In this document: piece by piece, positions 38,901 through 51,226 of the stretch | How the letters are laid out: every line of letters starts with the position of its first letter | How positions within the stretch are numbered: position 1 is the stretch's first letter | DNA from: Marsupella aquatica | Taxonomy: Eukaryota; Plantae; Marchantiophyta | DNA: 64,000 bases | Reading direction: 5' to 3' | Assembly: GCA_973895155.1 (NCBI GenBank) | Contig: OZ316896.1 | Coordinates: 9,309,425 to 9,373,424, forward strand | The notes under the pieces: model-generated | The model's database searches: none | What the model was told of the DNA's origin: nothing | What the model saw: the letters and a program-made list of their open reading frames with translations, nothing else | Translations under genes and position numbers: made by a program

Positions 38901-39267
38901 ACTTTTTTTTGTACATGTAGGTGGCGAGACTCATAAGGCCATGCAAAAGTTTCTGAAAAAATATATTACTCCCGAGAAGATGAGGTTTTATACCATGGCC
39001 CGGGAGAATTTCATGTCAGAGACTTACCATTCCGTGATGGGCAAATATGCGACAAAGCGCATTCATTTCTCAGCCAGTCACGAGGCCCGTTTGTGTTGTG
39101 CTGCCATGGATTGGAACGAGAATATCAGAAGACATGTCTGGAAGGTATATGCTTGCACACCCGTGAACACTGCTGTTAGGGAGCGCCCTCCTCGAACACG
39201 AGTATTGGTGGACCGGACCACTAGTTGGAAGGACGCAACCAATGAGCGCATTTATGGAGTATCATGA
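35989..39267 (+). pseudogene. Spliced Kolobok/Mutator-like DDE transposase; exons ~35989-36354, ~36920-37086, 37193-37787, 37911-38538, 38659-38810, 38921-39267; two apparent +1 frameshifts near 38392 and 38483
   Basis: N-terminal RVPLERWDEWEDLR...VVTWLLDR; Zn-like C..HGC...CGEGGHGW; catalytic YLDTRWDS...MEDKG..RALDNL..AGISITEVIHDD...KDLWHKAK; DHWAGDH..C..C.H; MSETYHSVMGKYATKRIHF..SHEARL..AAMDWNEN. Exons 2-6 join in phase; the exon 1-2 phase is unresolved. Confidence 0.82.
36422..36718. repeat. ~78-bp tandem repeat (~4 copies) in transposase intron 1
   Basis: Repeated ataacttatctaatataataccctaaac.aaaccatgaaattagggtacacctt. Confidence 0.93.
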
Positions 39268-40150
39268 CCAAGAGGTAAAAAACCACTCAATAAATATGAC
39301 TAGAACAAGGAAATGTAAGGATAGAGCGTGTGTGCATGCATGACAATTCTAATTGTATTGAGTTTTTGTTGTAGGATGATTTCATGACATCTTGTGGAGG
39401 GCTCCACCCAAGTATTGTGTCCAGAAAAAGTCAGCATACATATGGAGTGAGACCTCCATATATGACCTCGGCTAACATATCTCATGTGAGTTCAGAATTG
39501 TTCATGATTTTTCTCATTTGAAAACTTAGTTTGGAATGGATCTTGTAAGTTAGGATATCTCTTATGTTACCTCTATGCTAATTTATTCCATACCAATGTT
39601 GTTGTTTATACCAGGATTTACATGAGAAGGGCCGAGACCTGGCACCCTTAGTGTTCCAGCCTTTTTTCCAGTGGTTAGCATCCTGAGTTTGGAGGGATAC
39701 AATGTTACTAAGTTGACTGCCATGTCAAGTTTTTGAACTTTTATTATGTCAAGTTTTTGCACTTTTATAAAATGACTTGTATGTCATGTTCTTGTCTATC
39801 ATGGCCAAACAACCTTATATGGTTAGGGGTCTTTACTTGATTTGTGGTTTGCTTTGGGGGGGGGGGGGCGCTTTGAAGTCCTATGAAGTAGACTGAGTTT
39901 ATAACTTGGCGACCACTAAATAAAAAGCGGCAAAAGAACCCCTAAATTGGGGAATATAATTGGTTTTCTTTGCCTAGTTTTGTGGAAAATGTGACATTGG
40001 GAGATTCTTTGTGGCCAAGCAAACAATTGGAGTTGTTTCCCTTTTTTGTATGATATGTTACCACTAAAACTATACAGTGTATATATTTCGCCACCGTCTG
40101 AAAGGAGAGAAAAGAACATTGAAATAAACTAAAGCAAAAATGCAAAATGA

Positions 40151-40378
<228 letters not shown>

Positions 40379-40394
40379 TAAATTAAAATATTTT

Positions 40395-40490
40395 CTATTC
40401 TTTGCGTCCAGGATTACGCCCTGGATCATTGGAAAGGAATCCGAAAACGGAAGGAGAAACAGAAAATATAACTACTGTATAAACAATAAG
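40395..40490 (-). pseudogene. psbI: NUPT: plastid psbI fragment (5' codons missing)
   Basis: Minus strand reads [31 protein letters not shown]; the C-terminus [15 protein letters not shown] is diagnostic of PsbI. Confidence 0.92.
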
Positions 40491-40574
40491 GATAAGTTTG
40501 ATACATAACAACCAGCACAAGCTTATGCCAGATTTATTTGTGAAGACTCTTTATATCTATACTCTAGTGTGACA

Positions 40575-40850
40575 TGGGACTCCCAAAGGGAATTCAACAC
40601 CTCTGCCATGCATCAACCAGTACTAGTTATACTCTTCCGTAAGGTTGGCAATGACTATGAAGTGCATTTTGTGCTATAAAATGTACTCCCAAGAGGAATT
40701 GAACCTCTTCCGCTGCCAGCCAGCAGGAGTTGTTTAGTATGAGTTATACTCTTCCATAAGGTTGGCAATACTATGAATGGCATTTTGGGCTATAAAATGT
40801 ACTCCCAAGAGGAATTGAACCTCTTCCGCTGCCAGCCAGTAGGAGTTGTT
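40575..40850. repeat. ~105-118-bp tandem repeat (~2.5 copies) carrying a tRNA T-arm-like motif on the minus strand
   Basis: actcccaagaggaattgaacctcttccgctgccagccag occurs twice, plus a diverged first copy; the reverse complement reads GAGGTTCAATTCCTC. Confidence 0.8.
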
Positions 40851-40922
40851 CTGCAAAAACATTTATTAGTACTGTTGCACATTGCAAGGAGAAAATCAAC
40901 TTTGGCAGCATAATGTCTGTAA

Positions 40923-41321
40923 CTAGTTAGGGAGGAATCCTACAAATTTCTCCCCTTCATCATGCCAAGTTTCTTTCACACAAGTTTCGACTGCTTCAGG
41001 AAACTTAGTTCTATCTGCAAAGCCTGCCACATAGGCCAAGTGAGTGTAAACCTGAAATCATTTTCTTCTCATGGCAGTCTCTGCATAAGTGTATGCAGCA
41101 CACATGATGAATTGTTCTACCGCAACTGCTGGATTGAGATCATAATGACATTGTCTAACCACACTGCAAAACTCTGGAAAATCTGATTGGACCTCTTGCA
41201 ATGTGACAGTCCGAACTGTGGGTGGAGAACCCTCAACATGATTTGGATCCTGCCAGGACAAATAGTAAACTCCATCTACATGTTCAGTCAACATGACTTT
41301 CAACTTTGTAACTGGTGCCAT
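40923..41321 (-). pseudogene. KolX-like accessory protein of the transposon (132 codons, internal TGA at 41058-41060, probably from CGA)
   Basis: Reading through the stop gives ...AMRRK*FQVYTHLAYVAGFADRTKFPEAVETCVKETWHDEGEKFVGFLPN*, which resembles the KolX/P2X7-ballast C-terminal pattern R..R..AY.......G...R...P.CV...IR..FP...G.Y.GF; the gene lies tail-to-tail with the transposase. Confidence 0.65.
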
Positions 41322-41894
41322 CTTCCTGCCGTGGGAAATTAGAGTGAGAACATATTCAATATCCCCAAAGCTTCACAATTCTACGAATGTTCCACATTCA
41401 GGATGGTATACTAAATGTCAGCAAAATTGAAGCCTCTGCCACGATCCGCTTTGGCAGCCAAGGAGCAGGGAGCTCACAGCACACAGTAGCGACTTCGAAA
41501 CCAGCAACAATGAGCAGAAATTGTGCATCTTGGCAAAATGCAGCTCTAGCTATGGTAGTGGAGCAACAGCGAGTAGAAAAGCAACAATGATGAGCACAAA
41601 TGGAGCATAGATTGAGAACCTGAAAGAAACTGAGTAACAGCAAGGTATGCAGCCAAGCAACAGCGAGCACAAAAAAGAGCACAAATCGAGCACCCTGGAA
41701 AATGAAACCTGGAAATTGGCCGAGCAGCGGACGATGAGAGCGGCTTCAATCAGAGCAGCAGCAGAGCAGATGTCAATCACGAGCAACAGCCGAGCAAATG
41801 CCGATCATGAGTAGCAGTCGAGCAGCAGCAACAGCCGAGTATCAACAAGATTAGGCCAAGCAGCAACCGAGGTGAGCAAGAACTGAGCGGCAGT

Positions 41895-42112
41895 AGGAGC
41901 TCAGCAACAGCTCGTAGCAGCACCCTATGGAGCTCAGCAGCAGCTCGCAGCAACACCCTATGGAGCTCAGCAGCAGCTCGCAACAGCACCCTATGGAGCT
42001 CAGCCGCAGCTCGCAGCACCCTATGGAGCTCAGCAGGAGCTCACAACACCCTATCGAGCTCAGCAGCAGCACGCAGTAGCACCCAGTCGAGCAGGAGCTC
42101 GCAGCAGCACCA
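41895..42112. repeat. ~30-33-bp CAG-rich minisatellite (GAGCTCAGCAGCAGCTCGCAGCAGCACCCTATG, ~7 copies)
   Basis: Read directly; it explains the RAAAELHRVLL-type repeat ORFs. Confidence 0.9.
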
Positions 42113-44399
42113 TATTCAAGCTCACAACAGCTGATGAGCAGCAGCCAATAACGTAGCAGCTGTGAGAGATTTCAGATTTGGAGGTAGACGACAACGAGGT
42201 GTGAGGAGCAGAGCAGCAGCATCCGAGCTCCAGCTATGGCAGCTGCTCGCAACTCGGATTGGAGAGGGAGGCACAAAGCGACTCCTATTGGTCACCAACG
42301 ACTTTCGAGCTTGAGGTGGAGTTCCAAAACGATCAATGAAAATCAAAGAGCTAGGACAAACGATGGAGCGCAGCAGCAAGGTCGAGCAGCATTCGAAAAT
42401 CTGAGCTATGGGCAGCAGCAAGTTGCGAGTCCTCGGAGGAGGCTGGCGATGGCAGCTCCTCGGACAGCTCGTGGTTGTGGAGGATCGGAGGCACTAGTGC
42501 AGCACAAAGCACTGCACACGAAGCGCTACTGGGAGGCGGAGGCGCACAAGGGCAACGAAGCGCTGGTGGGAGGCGAAGGCGCACAGGGGCAGCAGTAGGC
42601 GCTGCTGGGAGGCGGAGGCACTATTGGGAGGTGCCTACGGTTAGTGGGGAGGTGGGATTGGGAGCCAGGCGGGCGGGCCCTGCAGCGGCCGGGGTACGGG
42701 AGTGGTGGCAGGGACTCTGCCATGGCTCGGGCAGAATGGGAAGTCGCTCGGGCAGGGATCGGGGTCCCTTTATACCCTGAGTTGTGGTTTAAGCAGATAT
42801 TTTGACTCACTTATAGCCTCCAATCACAGTTCTCAAAGATTAAGATGTGGAATGTCGATCAGATTCTCTGCTGGCAAAATTCTCTCTTTCAAATTGTTGA
42901 TTTCAATTCTTGTAGTCTCGAGAAGATCAATTCCATTGATCACTCTGGTCACGTACAAATCCCTGGGAATGACTAGGCCATGCCAGTTGTTGAATTGACT
43001 TTGCATTCATCCAGGATTGAGCAACAATTTACTCTGCATCCCTTGTATGCTGTAATTGTGTTTTATCCCAATCCCTACTTGCCCCCACTATTTGCGACAC
43101 CTGCGTGCAGGTGGTCTCTTCTAAATCCCAAATGTAGTACATGCACACGTACTTGACGATGTTTCCTGTCTTGATTCAATGAGTCACAAAGATCTGCTAG
43201 TGCTGAATGTAATGAAGACAATATATTAGTTTGAACTAAGTTACAAAAGTAATTTACCAATGCTCGATTTATAATTTGAGGTATCTAGCTCAGGCACATC
43301 TAACACCCTGATCCTGATGACTTAAAGTAACTCGAGACAGTAAGCAACACCATTAGGATGAGGGTACATAAGAGCTCTACGATCTAGTCTTTGCCGATCT
43401 CAATTTTGAGTCCTTACTTCGATCCGCTCTTCATCCCTGTCCAAAGTAGTTTAGGGATCATCTAACTAATTACTTGACATGACAGGGATTATCAAACATG
43501 AGAATTGATATGCGGCAACCTTGAAATTTTCATTGAGTCATAATAAAAGGCGGGAATGACGACATTTGTTTACGAAAGGGGGGTACGTGATCCGACAGAG
43601 TTTGATCCTAAGCTTGTTGCAGAGAGGTACCACTTGTGGGGTCGATGTAGCTTCAGATTTTCACCGCTTTAGCTTTAGTTGTTTCTGAGCCTGTTAGTGT
43701 GGACATTAGCTCTGTTAAAATGAAGGATTTCCTGAAAAGATGACTGGAAATGGCTTAGCAACCTACCTATCCAATATCTTGCAACTCGTCAACAGATTAC
43801 AGCATATCCCATAAGTTCTGTCCTGATACGCAATCACATCCTTTATAGATGACCAAATTTGCCATGAAACTTATAGCTGCGATGACGAGGGCAATGAACA
43901 CTGTCATGATGACAAATTTTTGAGAGAAATGAGCACCCACAGCTGCAACTGCATCCTTGAAAGTGATCAAAGTTGTGTTTCTTGATCAAATTCCTTGTTA
44001 GTGCCATCCCACCAACTTCTGTGCAGCAAAAAGGAAAGAATTACCTTTAGAATTCCCACTAATTGGTCATAAAATCCATCCAACCGATCCAAATGCCCAA
44101 AGGATAACATTCATCCCAAAACTCACACGCATAATTTATCCAAGGATATTCATCAATGGCAAATCAGGCGGGCCTCCTACTAAATGCACAGTCGGTTACT
44201 CAGGGTAAATAAAATGGTTATTTTTGAAACATTTTTACATCAAGGTTTATGGCATGGCGTCCTCAATTTTACCAAATTCCTGCCACAAACACAAAAGATG
44301 AAGTAATTGTATTTTGTAAACCAATTTGTACCTGTTTGCAGCGCGTCATGATGATGTGGCGTGTTGTGGAATCTCAAATTTTGGAAGGGACCTCTAGTG

Positions 44400-44731
44400 G
44401 GGTCCGTAATTAGTGTTAGTACAAAATTAATGTTATTAACACTAATTTTGGTAAAAATGATTTTGAGTCCAAGTAACACTAATTTTTGTCGGTTTTCAAA
44501 ACATATTTTTCCACTTTAGTTTAAATTGCTCGTAAAAAATGGATGATCTTGAGTCCAAAGTAACACTAATTGTTGTGGATTTTTCAAAATAGTTTTTCTC
44601 TCTCTAATTTGCCACTCTTAAGACCATAGTAACACTAATTCATGTGCGGGAAAATAGTGTTAGCACAAAATTAGTGTGGCTAACACTAATTTGCGAGTAG
44701 ACCCTGAAAATGCGTCACATTAATTACGGTG
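44400..44731. repeat. Cluster of AACACTAATT/AATTAGTGTT motifs in both orientations; probable non-autonomous DNA-TE remnant
   Basis: Near-palindromic blocks at ~44408-44450 and ~44655-44692 with three further taacactaatt copies between them. Confidence 0.55.
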
Positions 44732-44789
44732 AACAGTGTATGTACATTCCTTCCTTATAGTATTTAGTCTCACACCACTCTATTTAGGG

Positions 44790-45035
44790 TAAGATTGGCC
44801 TATCATAGATTATCATGGATAGAACCAAGTTCATAGTTCTCATGGATAGAACCAAGTTCATAGTCCATAGCATCTTGTCGTAAAGATTGGCCTGATAATC
44901 AAGTTCATAGTCCATAATTTCTTGTCATAAAGATTGGCCTGATAATCAAGTTCATAGTCCATAACTTCTTGTCGTAAAGATTGTCCTGATAATCAAGTTC
45001 ATAGTCCATAACTTTTTGTTGGAAACATTGGCCTT
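44790..45035. repeat. ~48-bp tandem repeat (~4 copies) preceded by a ~27-bp duplication
   Basis: Repeated aagattggcctgataatcaagttcatagtccataa.ttcttgtc; catggatagaaccaagttcatagt occurs twice. Confidence 0.9.
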
Positions 45036-46772
45036 ATGCCATGACCATTATTCACTATAGAGCCTAGTGAAAAAAAAATCAAACAACCTTTTGCATGACC
45101 ATTCCTTTATGGCTGAAAACCATCATCCATAATGTTGAGCTTTGAGATGCCCTACTGAAAAGGCCCCCATATTCCTGCAGTCCTATGATCTCACATCAAA
45201 TTGCTGCAAGCAACAACACTAAGGGGGCAATGTAAGAATTGGGTGGGAGCCATTTGTTTTTCTGTATGTGTGAGGTGCAATCCCAGCCATTCAGAAAGTA
45301 ACATGGAAACAGACCAAACTTTACTTCACATGCACTGACTTGGGGATATAGTGAAAACCGGCTATATTGAAATTGGGCAGCAACATTTTTTTCTATGTGT
45401 GATATGCAATCCTAGTCATTCAAATGTGGGAACAGGCCACACTTTACTTTACATGAACTTGGGGACAAAATGAGACAATAACATTATTTACCTATCCTAG
45501 TGATCTGCTAGTGGGCCCCTTGCATGTCCCTTTTTTGGGTTTACTAGCCCTACTACTCATCCTTTGAAGATGAATAAAGGTGAGACTAACAAAAGTGTTG
45601 ACCCTCAATAAGAGCAGCTGACCAAACCTTCTTCAAGTAATTGGAGAAGAGGTGGCTGTTTCACCATAGCTCACGACCCTCGATGACATCAGCTGGCCTC
45701 TTCACAGACGGCCTCCCTAATCCATCGAGTCTCATCACATGTGGTGCCTCCCTCATCCATAGACTCTCTTCACATGCAGCCCCTACTCCCGCCCCTACTC
45801 CACCAAATTTCTTCACAGACGGCCCTATTTGCAAATGTGTACTCCCAACACTACTCCACCCCATCCTCGTTTTCACACTGACCCCTAATTCAATTTTTTC
45901 GGCTAAGTCATGGTCTACAGGCTTCAGTATAGACGTGGGCCTTCAAAGTAACTTTGCATCACAATTAATAGTAAGGTGTGTGCATGGTTTTTTGTCCAAA
46001 ACTTAGACATCCTCTTGAGGTTGTCTAAAAGAATGGACCAAGGGGTAGTTTCTATCCAGGGTCTTTGTCTTTATTATCTCCAGGCCTGCCGCATTTGGCT
46101 CAGGCACTTAACCTTAGTGTGTGGAACTGGCCCTCGGCTTTTGCTCTGGATGGAGATCCACTAACCCACTGTTTTGGAAAGCCCCCCTCCCCCCTCCCTG
46201 CCCTCCCCCCCTCACTCATAGAAAAGGATAATTTGGTTTATCATGGTATGCAAAATACATCCTACTAGTGGGTGGTTGCCATGTAACACATTACACTATA
46301 TAACATGCTGTTGGTTTTGGAAGTGCAGTTACTATCAGGCCATCTTCCACCATGGCCTGACCATTTTCTCTTCTTATATTCTAGGGAGGAGAAAAGAAAT
46401 GATAAAAATACATATGGAGGTTCAATTAATTTGAAAATTGAAAATAATGAAAGATATACCTGCGGGCTTCAAGTTATTTGAGAAACATAAGAAAGAAGAC
46501 AACTATCATACGCTGGATTTAGATTTGAAATAAAACAAAGGTTGGGCTTGGGAGAGTGGAACAAAGATGTGCCACAAGGAAAGTTTAATATGTCCTACAT
46601 GTGTTAAGCCCTGAATCAATAGAGCCATTTTTATGGGCAAGGAATAGATAGTTTTGGCTGCTCCCATAATTTTTTTATGCATGACTTAGAATTTGTGATG
46701 GTGGCTTGTGACAAAGCATGACACAAGCAACCATCACAATAAATACATCTGGGTATTTGTAAGCTGGCACTA

Positions 46773-47156
46773 CCGTCTTCCCCTGAACACAGAGCCCGGG
46801 CGTTGTGTTCAAAAACAGAATTTTTTAGGTCTCCATAAAAATGTATTTTTCTTCACACACAACGTCATTTTAATACAACAAAGTTGAGTTGGACATTGTG
46901 TTTAAGATTTGACCCTGAACTACATTGAACACAAACTGTAAAAAAATCAAGAGTCATATGACAATGCCAATATTCAAACACAACGTCAATATTAGAACAC
47001 AACACCTATTTTGAACACAATGCCCTGCAAATTTAAAAAAATGAGAACACATAGTCAAAACACAAATATAATGGCCCGGACGCACTATCCAATCAGAGCG
47101 CCCTATGGCCCACTATTCGAATACCAGGCTAGGGCGTTGTGTTTGGGGGAAGACGA
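46773..47156. mobile_element. Tc1/mariner(pogo)-type MITE (384 bp) with TA TSD
   Basis: TA|CCGTCTTCCCCTGAACACA ... TGTGTTTGGGGGAAGACGA|TA; internal AACACAAC repeats; no coding capacity. Confidence 0.8.
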
Positions 47157-48749
47157 TAGCTGCAAGAAAAATCTAATATTGTGATCAAACTTCACTATCT
47201 CTTTAGCAAAACATTGAACCACTTTCTTGTTGTGTGTTGTACATACTTATCTGTAGAACCTTTGAAATCTGGAGTAGTTGTAAGCTGCAAAAACAGACTT
47301 GAGAATGTGATCAGGCTCCACTCTATCTCTTGCAAACCATGGACTTTGCAAAGTTCTAGCAGTTCCTCAGCAGAGTATCACATCACAGTGTCCAGGGTGT
47401 CAAAGAAGCATTGTATTATTTGTTGGAGGGCCTCTGAGGGTCTCAATCTTGATAGCCTCTGGCAACCAGAAATGTGTGGGGTGGGACCATTACTATGCTC
47501 GACACTCACTGGATATCCAGCATCAAAGACAAGAGAAAAGAGAATTATGTTTCTACTGAACCATAAACTTGAAACAAATTTGCTACATTGGGTCAAGTAC
47601 AGTGTGGGGCTTGCATGCATGAACAAAACAATGTCCACCCTACATACAATCAAATTTTGGACGCTTGGGCGTTATGGGGCATGCTTATGCGCCTCCTAAG
47701 GAGTAACATCCAAATGTTATGATCTTTTGTTGTAAAGATTTAGATTATTCACTAATTTATCTCCCTTTATTGAATATATCTTTCATGATGTGATACAATG
47801 TTGGGAGTGACCAATCCGGGGTGAGAGAGGGGGCCCTGGTTTGAGAGCTGGGACATCATTACATATTTGCAAAGCACATTCATAGATTCATGCAAGACAA
47901 CCAGGTTAACATTGCGTTGCAAAAAGAACAATGATTCATGCTGAGCCCACGCCATTTCCATGAACAGATGACTGATCTATCTTCTTTGCTAACACTCTTC
48001 ATGTAGTGCTGATAGAAATTTCAATACCAATCAACAAGCTTCAATTTCTCATGAGAATCTTCAGCTTCCTTAAAGAAGATTATCTTGTCTGAACCTCTCA
48101 AGAAATCAAAACCAAAAGAAATAAAAAATTGAAACTATGAATCCCCTCAACATGGAAGACATATGATCACATTGGGAACGTCACCCCTAAACCCCCTCCA
48201 CTTATCACTAAGTGCAACATCTTACTCTAGGATGCCCCATACCTATCAGTAACCTTACTAGATTGCTGCTCTTTCTTAGCATAATATGGAGCTTGCCACA
48301 GATTTTTCTTTATTGATTACAATTCCATTTTTGTTTGTGATTTAAGAAAAATAATAAGGGTTAGCTCCTTCACACATTGCATTTGCTTTGCAAGCAACAG
48401 CAGAGCATAATATAAATGTTTTGGGCTTTGACCCCCCCCCCTGGCGGTAAAGCGTCAGCCTTCCCAGCCTTGGGATCAGATTGCTGTAGTCTCCCTCAAG
48501 GTGACTTTTAGGCAGAGGTAGGTTGTGGGCAGGAACAGGCTGGTTCTGGACAGAGGCCACGTATAGAATATCCAAATGTGCATAGTAAAAAACATTTCGG
48601 ATTTATTTGAGTAACCTGCATCCACTAGGTTTTGCATCGGGACCAGTGGGGGTTTAGATGCAGGAGGGCCGTTAAGTCCTTCCTTGCCCTCTTATAGCAT
48701 CACGACATTGGGGTGGTAGATTTTCCATCATTGCTTAGAAAGGGGTGCC

Positions 48750-49865
48750 ATATGATATGCCCTCGTCTTTTGTATTTGTCCGCTCTGGACCTCGTTAAGT
48801 CCTTCTTTGCCCTCTTGAGCACCCCACTATTGCATTGGTATAGTTCCACCCATCATGTGCTTAGTTTGGAGTTTGCATTTGCCCTCTTCTTTTGCGTTTC
48901 ATGTTTGTTCTCTTGGGACCTGTGAAGTCCTTCTTTACCTCTTAGAGCATATTCCACCCGTCAACTTAGTTTGGAGTTTACATTTGCACTCTTCTGTTGT
49001 ATTTAGTGTTTGTCCTCACCTGTTCTTAGTTTAGAGTTTGCATTTTCCCTTTTATGCTTAGTGTTTGTCCACTCTGTAACCAGCTAAGTCCTTCTTTGCA
49101 CTCTCACTATGTCATTGGTTTATTTTCCACCCATTATTTGCTTAGTTTGGAGTTTGCATTTGCCGTCACACTATTGGAGTGGGCTATGTTCCACCCATTT
49201 CCTTAGTTTGGAGTTTGCATTTGCCCTGTTCTTTTGTGTTTCGAGTGTTTCCACTTTGGACTCAGTTAAGCGCTGCTTTGCACTCTTAGAGCATCACATG
49301 ATTGCATTGGGGTCCATTTTCCATCCATTATTTGCTTAGTTTGGAGTTTGCATTTGCCCTGTTCTTTTGTGTTTGGCGTGTTTCCACTTTGGATCCAGTT
49401 AAGCCCTGCTTTGCACTCTTAGAGCATCATACGACTGCATGGGTCCATTTTCCATCCATTATTTGCCTATTTTGGAGTTTGCATGTGCCCTAAGAGCATC
49501 ACACGATTGCATGGGTCCATTTTCCATCCATTATTTGCTTAGTTTGGAGTTTGCATTTGCCCTGTTCTTTTGTGTTTGGCGTGTTTCCACTTTGGATCCA
49601 GTTAAGCCCTGCTTTTAGAGCATCACACGACTGCATGGGTCCATTTTCCATCCATTATTTGCCTATTTTGGAGTTTGCATGTGCCCTCAGAGCATCACAC
49701 GATTGGATGGGTCCATTTTCCATCCATTATTTGGCTATCTTGGAGTTTGCATGTGCCCTCACACTATTGCACTGGTCTATTTTCCACCCATTACTTGCTC
49801 ACTTTTAAAGTTTGCAATTGCCCTCTTCTTTTGTGGCCACTGTGTTTCCACTCTCGACCCTCTAA
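48750..49865. repeat. Compound degenerate tandem array (TTAGTTTGGAGTTTGCATTTGCCCT core, ~60- and ~130-bp units) upstream of HMGR
   Basis: The core motif recurs about 12 times, with agagcatcacacgattgcatgggtccattttccatccattatttg subunits. Confidence 0.9.
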
Positions 49866-51226
49866 GAGTATCACGCTATTATTTACATTGGTTCATTCTA
49901 CACTGCTTTAGTAAGGAGTTTTGCGTTGGCCCTCTTTTTTTAGTTTGTTCTCTCTGACCCCCTCTTTTGCTTCGTAATCTATACCGCGGAATTTCTGCGG
50001 AATCGAATCTTCGCCCTTCGCTATTTCTCCGTCGCAACCTCGTGTCCGAAGAATGACGAATTGATGCCCGGTCCCACGAGAGGAAACAATGCCGAGTAGG
50101 AGTTGGTGACCAGAACCCAGATAGAAAGAACAGCACCACGCACGCACACAGGACGAGTAGTTGTGCTTGCATTGACGAAGAAATTAGAAAAAGGGAAAAA
50201 GCTCCGAGTCATCGAGCTGCCTCCGGAAGCGTAGGCAGCCGAGTTATTAGACGCTGGCAGTTGAAAGTCGGGGAACAGTGATGGTGGCCAAAATAGTACA
50301 AAGAGTCGCTCTATGTGTCGGGTGCCCCGGCATGGGCGTCGGATGAGCCGACGTGAGAAACTAGCGACTGCGGTAATCGGAGGAGGAGAAAACTAGCGAG
50401 AGAAAGTGAGAGCTGCTCGCTATCTCTCGTAGGCTCGTGTCTCTAGCGAAGAATTGCACGCACGAAATTCGGTCGTTGGATTTTTGAGAAGGGATTTGAG
50501 ATTTTTACTTTCTTGCGTCGGATTTGGAGCTGAGTCGTGCCGATCTCGTATCGGTCGTTGTTTCGGAGGGAAGCAGCAAGAGTTGGCAGTTTGTCCGTTG
50601 CTTGCGTTCAAAAGTTTGCGGAGATCGATCGGGGGCTGTCCGTCTTTTTCGGTTCGAGGCTGGCAGGCAGGCGGGCTGGCTGGCTGGCTTGCTTGCGTGG
50701 TTTCTGGGCTCCGATGCCAGTCGATCAATCTGGCGGACTGAACTAGCTCTCGCGCGAGCGATCCGCGCTGGTGGTCGTGGGGCGCACCAGGGAGGACAGG
50801 CGATGAGAGATTGAGCGAGCCAGCCAAGAATTTGCGGAGGAGCGAGAGGTGGAGGCGAACGAGACGGGAGTTTTTTCCCGACAGCACCAACGGCCAGGCG
50901 GGACTTGTGGTTCGAATTGGAGTTTTAGGTATTCTGAGAGATCCTTGTGAGTGCCTCTCACCGGCTCCTTGTGGAGAGGTCGCCCGCATTGCCACTTGTT
51001 TTTGGCGAGGAAGAAGCGTGGCTCCGGAAGGCGAAGTGTTGCTCGCACATGGGGCGGATGGGAGGCTTGGTTTGGAATTGCTAGCCTTCTATTAGGTCAT
51101 TCACCGGCCAGTTTGTCAAGCCCTGACTACTACATTGCGTTCTGCTGATCTGCCTCTTCTAAAGTTTGGCCAGAATTTGGTCGATAAAAGAGTGTTTTCC
51201 TTCCACATCATCCGATCGCAGGCAAG

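Noticed and set aside
41777-42810. Overlapping GC-rich ORFs at the transposon right end
   Set aside because: Explained by the CAG-rich minisatellite and high GC content; no domain similarity.
43700-44180. Coding-like minus-strand fragments with a splice donor (HLDRLDGFYDQLVGILK)
   Set aside because: Interrupted by stops and I cannot assign a family without a search.
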